A DNA stretch of 64,000 nucleotides, taken from positions 98,162,699-98,226,698 of the forward strand of contig NC_092382.1 of the NCBI RefSeq assembly GCF_030028105.1, written 5' to 3'. The stretch's first letter is position 1. Every line of letters begins with the position of its first letter. Positions 63,644 to 64,000 of this stretch are shown one piece after another. The stretch is from Mobula birostris. Taxonomy: Eukaryota. The notes below the pieces were generated by a model, which was not told the DNA's origin, did not search any database, and worked only from the letters and a program-made list of their open reading frames with translations. A program made the position numbers and the translations under genes.

Positions 63644-64000
63644 AACTCCTTCCTCTTTCTACCCCATCACAGTTGAATCGGGTAATGGATATCATAGCGA
63701 GTAGGGTATAATAAGAGATCCTTTTAATTCCTCACGTCACCCTGTCATCCTTTTATGGGCAGAGGCCGCCGACAGCTGATCATCAGAGCACCCTGTCCTG
63801 GAGCAGACGGTCAATTTGCCCCCAGGTGTGGCTTATCTTTAAAAATGCTCCTTCTCCCCGGGGTGAGTACTTTGGAGAATCTGTTGGTGTTCCCGTACCT
63901 CTGCGTTTAACGGGGTGGAAATACGAGCCCCCATGCCCAACCCTACTCCATTCCTCAGCCTATGAAGGACTCTTCATTTCATGTGCCATGTGTTTCTCGT

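Overview
Vertebrate genomic DNA, by repeat content and gene families most likely a cartilaginous fish (inference). Left part (~1-45 kb): three tandem two-exon class A GPCR genes of the GPR139/142-like type on the minus strand, each in a duplicated unit filled with CR1 LINE, Tc1, Penelope-like and LTR debris. Right part (45.3-64 kb): seven minus-strand T-cell receptor V segments, probably Vbeta-like, from two families. Three look intact, one is an open ORF with a degenerate RSS, and three are pseudogenes. Five have a 23-bp-spacer RSS, one has a collapsed RSS and one has lost its 3' end. No D, J or C segment was recognised. The strongest signal is a same-orientation CTCF-like motif 32-41 nt 3' of every RSS in both V families, pointing toward the GPCR array. 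The GPCR block is joined to the V block by a breakpoint in called sequence. Also present: minimal hammerhead ribozymes in Penelope-like elements, a Gypsy element with integrase upstream of RT, and an LTR carrying a 39-nt tRNA-Pro complement. All alignments were done by eye; repeat boundaries are approximate unless TSD, TIR or splice sites are quoted.
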